52,611 nucleotides of DNA from Paraglomus brasilianum. Lineage: Eukaryota. A program made the position numbers and the translations under genes. The notes beneath the pieces were generated by a model. It was not told where the DNA came from, did not search any database, and saw only the letters and a list, made by a program, of their open reading frames with translations. The DNA lies in assembly GCA_910592345.1 (NCBI GenBank), contig CAJVPI010000113.1, positions 1 through 52,611 on the forward strand, written 5' to 3'. Below, piece after piece: positions 51,350 through 52,611 of this stretch. Each line of letters starts with the position of its first letter. The first letter of the stretch is position 1.

Positions 51350-52500
51350 CCAAAATACTACGCGTACTATATCTTTCCGAGATCACATGATAATAAATCA
51401 TAGTTATTAGATTAGGTATGTCTGTCAAATATACATGACATTGCTATAGATAGATAGTATTGAGGATTACGCCACTGTCTAACATTTATTTCAGAAAACA
51501 ATTTAGCTCCTATTTTTGGGGCTATACTAGTCAGTTAGAATCCCACTCTTTTATTCTTTCACTAATAAGGAAAAGTTTATTATTTAGGACAGTATGAGTC
51601 TTAAATTGTCGAACATTCGACTTAAAATGCTTTGCCCAACTATGGTTTCTCACGATGTTCCTCTCCGAAATTTGCTTTTCGTCTCCCTCCTGGTCACCAT
51701 TACAAAACCCGCCTGCATCACTACCATGTGATCCGATAATCATTTTCAAAGAGATGAGCTGTCAACTTCGCCCGGGGTTTGCTACTGAGTCATCGTAACA
51801 CAATTGAATTTGCGTGTACTACGTCATAACAGAAATTGTATCATCTCGAATACAGTATATTCTACGGATCTTTTGTTTTATGCGAGGCGTTCGAGATTTG
51901 TGCTCAACATACTGTGATGCGTAGCGGATTTATCAGGATACATCTGAGACATCAGAACAATAGCAATAATAGATAATTAGTCAGCACTGCTAAAAATAGA
52001 TTAATTAGTAAGATCGAAGATATAAAAGCAGCCCAAGTTTCAGCTAGAGTTGGGTGTGTTTCGCTTCCTTGATATTTATTCCTATATCATTATCTTGTTA
52101 ATAAACGGATATCGCATTTACTCTGAATACACATATTATTGCTTAGTTTCCCTGAATTGATCGGTATAGCTGAAATTGCTAATCTCTATATCGACGAAGG
52201 ATAATTGCCTCTTGTCCCGCAATTATCCGAGTGGCAATTATTACGATAATTTAATTGTTTTAGGAAACGCGTTTATATTGTTTAGTTTTGAGACCCCACA
52301 CGGACAGACTACTGACATAATCCCACGTGTTTTTGACTCGAGGACAATTACATTAAAGACGCTGAGGTGAAAGCCTCGAGATTACAAGGTCACTAACTGT
52401 ATCGTAGACTTAATTATTGATAGGAGAGGCCGACGATAGTTAAATCCCAAGTGTCGATTACTAATCGCTCTCCCGCAGTAGTCGGCACGACAATACGAAG

Positions 52501-52536
52501 CTTTTCTTTTCTTTTTTTTTCTTTTTTTTTCTTTTT

Positions 52537-52611
<75 letters not shown>
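52501..52611. repeat. (CTn) grading into pure poly-T running to the window end
   Basis: Directly visible. Confidence 0.9.

Overview
Eukaryotic, intron-rich, AT-rich fungal DNA. Gene content, ~60-100 nt introns and TE types suggest an early-diverging fungus such as Mucoromycota (inference). Seven spliced host genes are recognisable: a large GHKL/sacsin-like ATPase (DUF3684 type) with CUE and HExxH motifs, NAA35/MAK10, SEC61 gamma, a cyclophilin with a 6-nt microexon, a MATH-BTB protein, RPL35A (eL33) and a divergent MRE11. There is also a possible small unannotated gene. The genes are separated by TE graveyards: nested TA-targeting MITEs, a MULE MITE with a 9-bp TSD, a MULE transposase relic with an internal inversion, TGT..ACA elements and several tandem arrays. 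The most notable item is a degraded Fanzor/TnpB-like RNA-guided nuclease gene at ~42.5-43.5 kb, with RuvC-I and RuvC-III motifs still readable and short repeats upstream. Exon boundaries were read by eye and are approximate.
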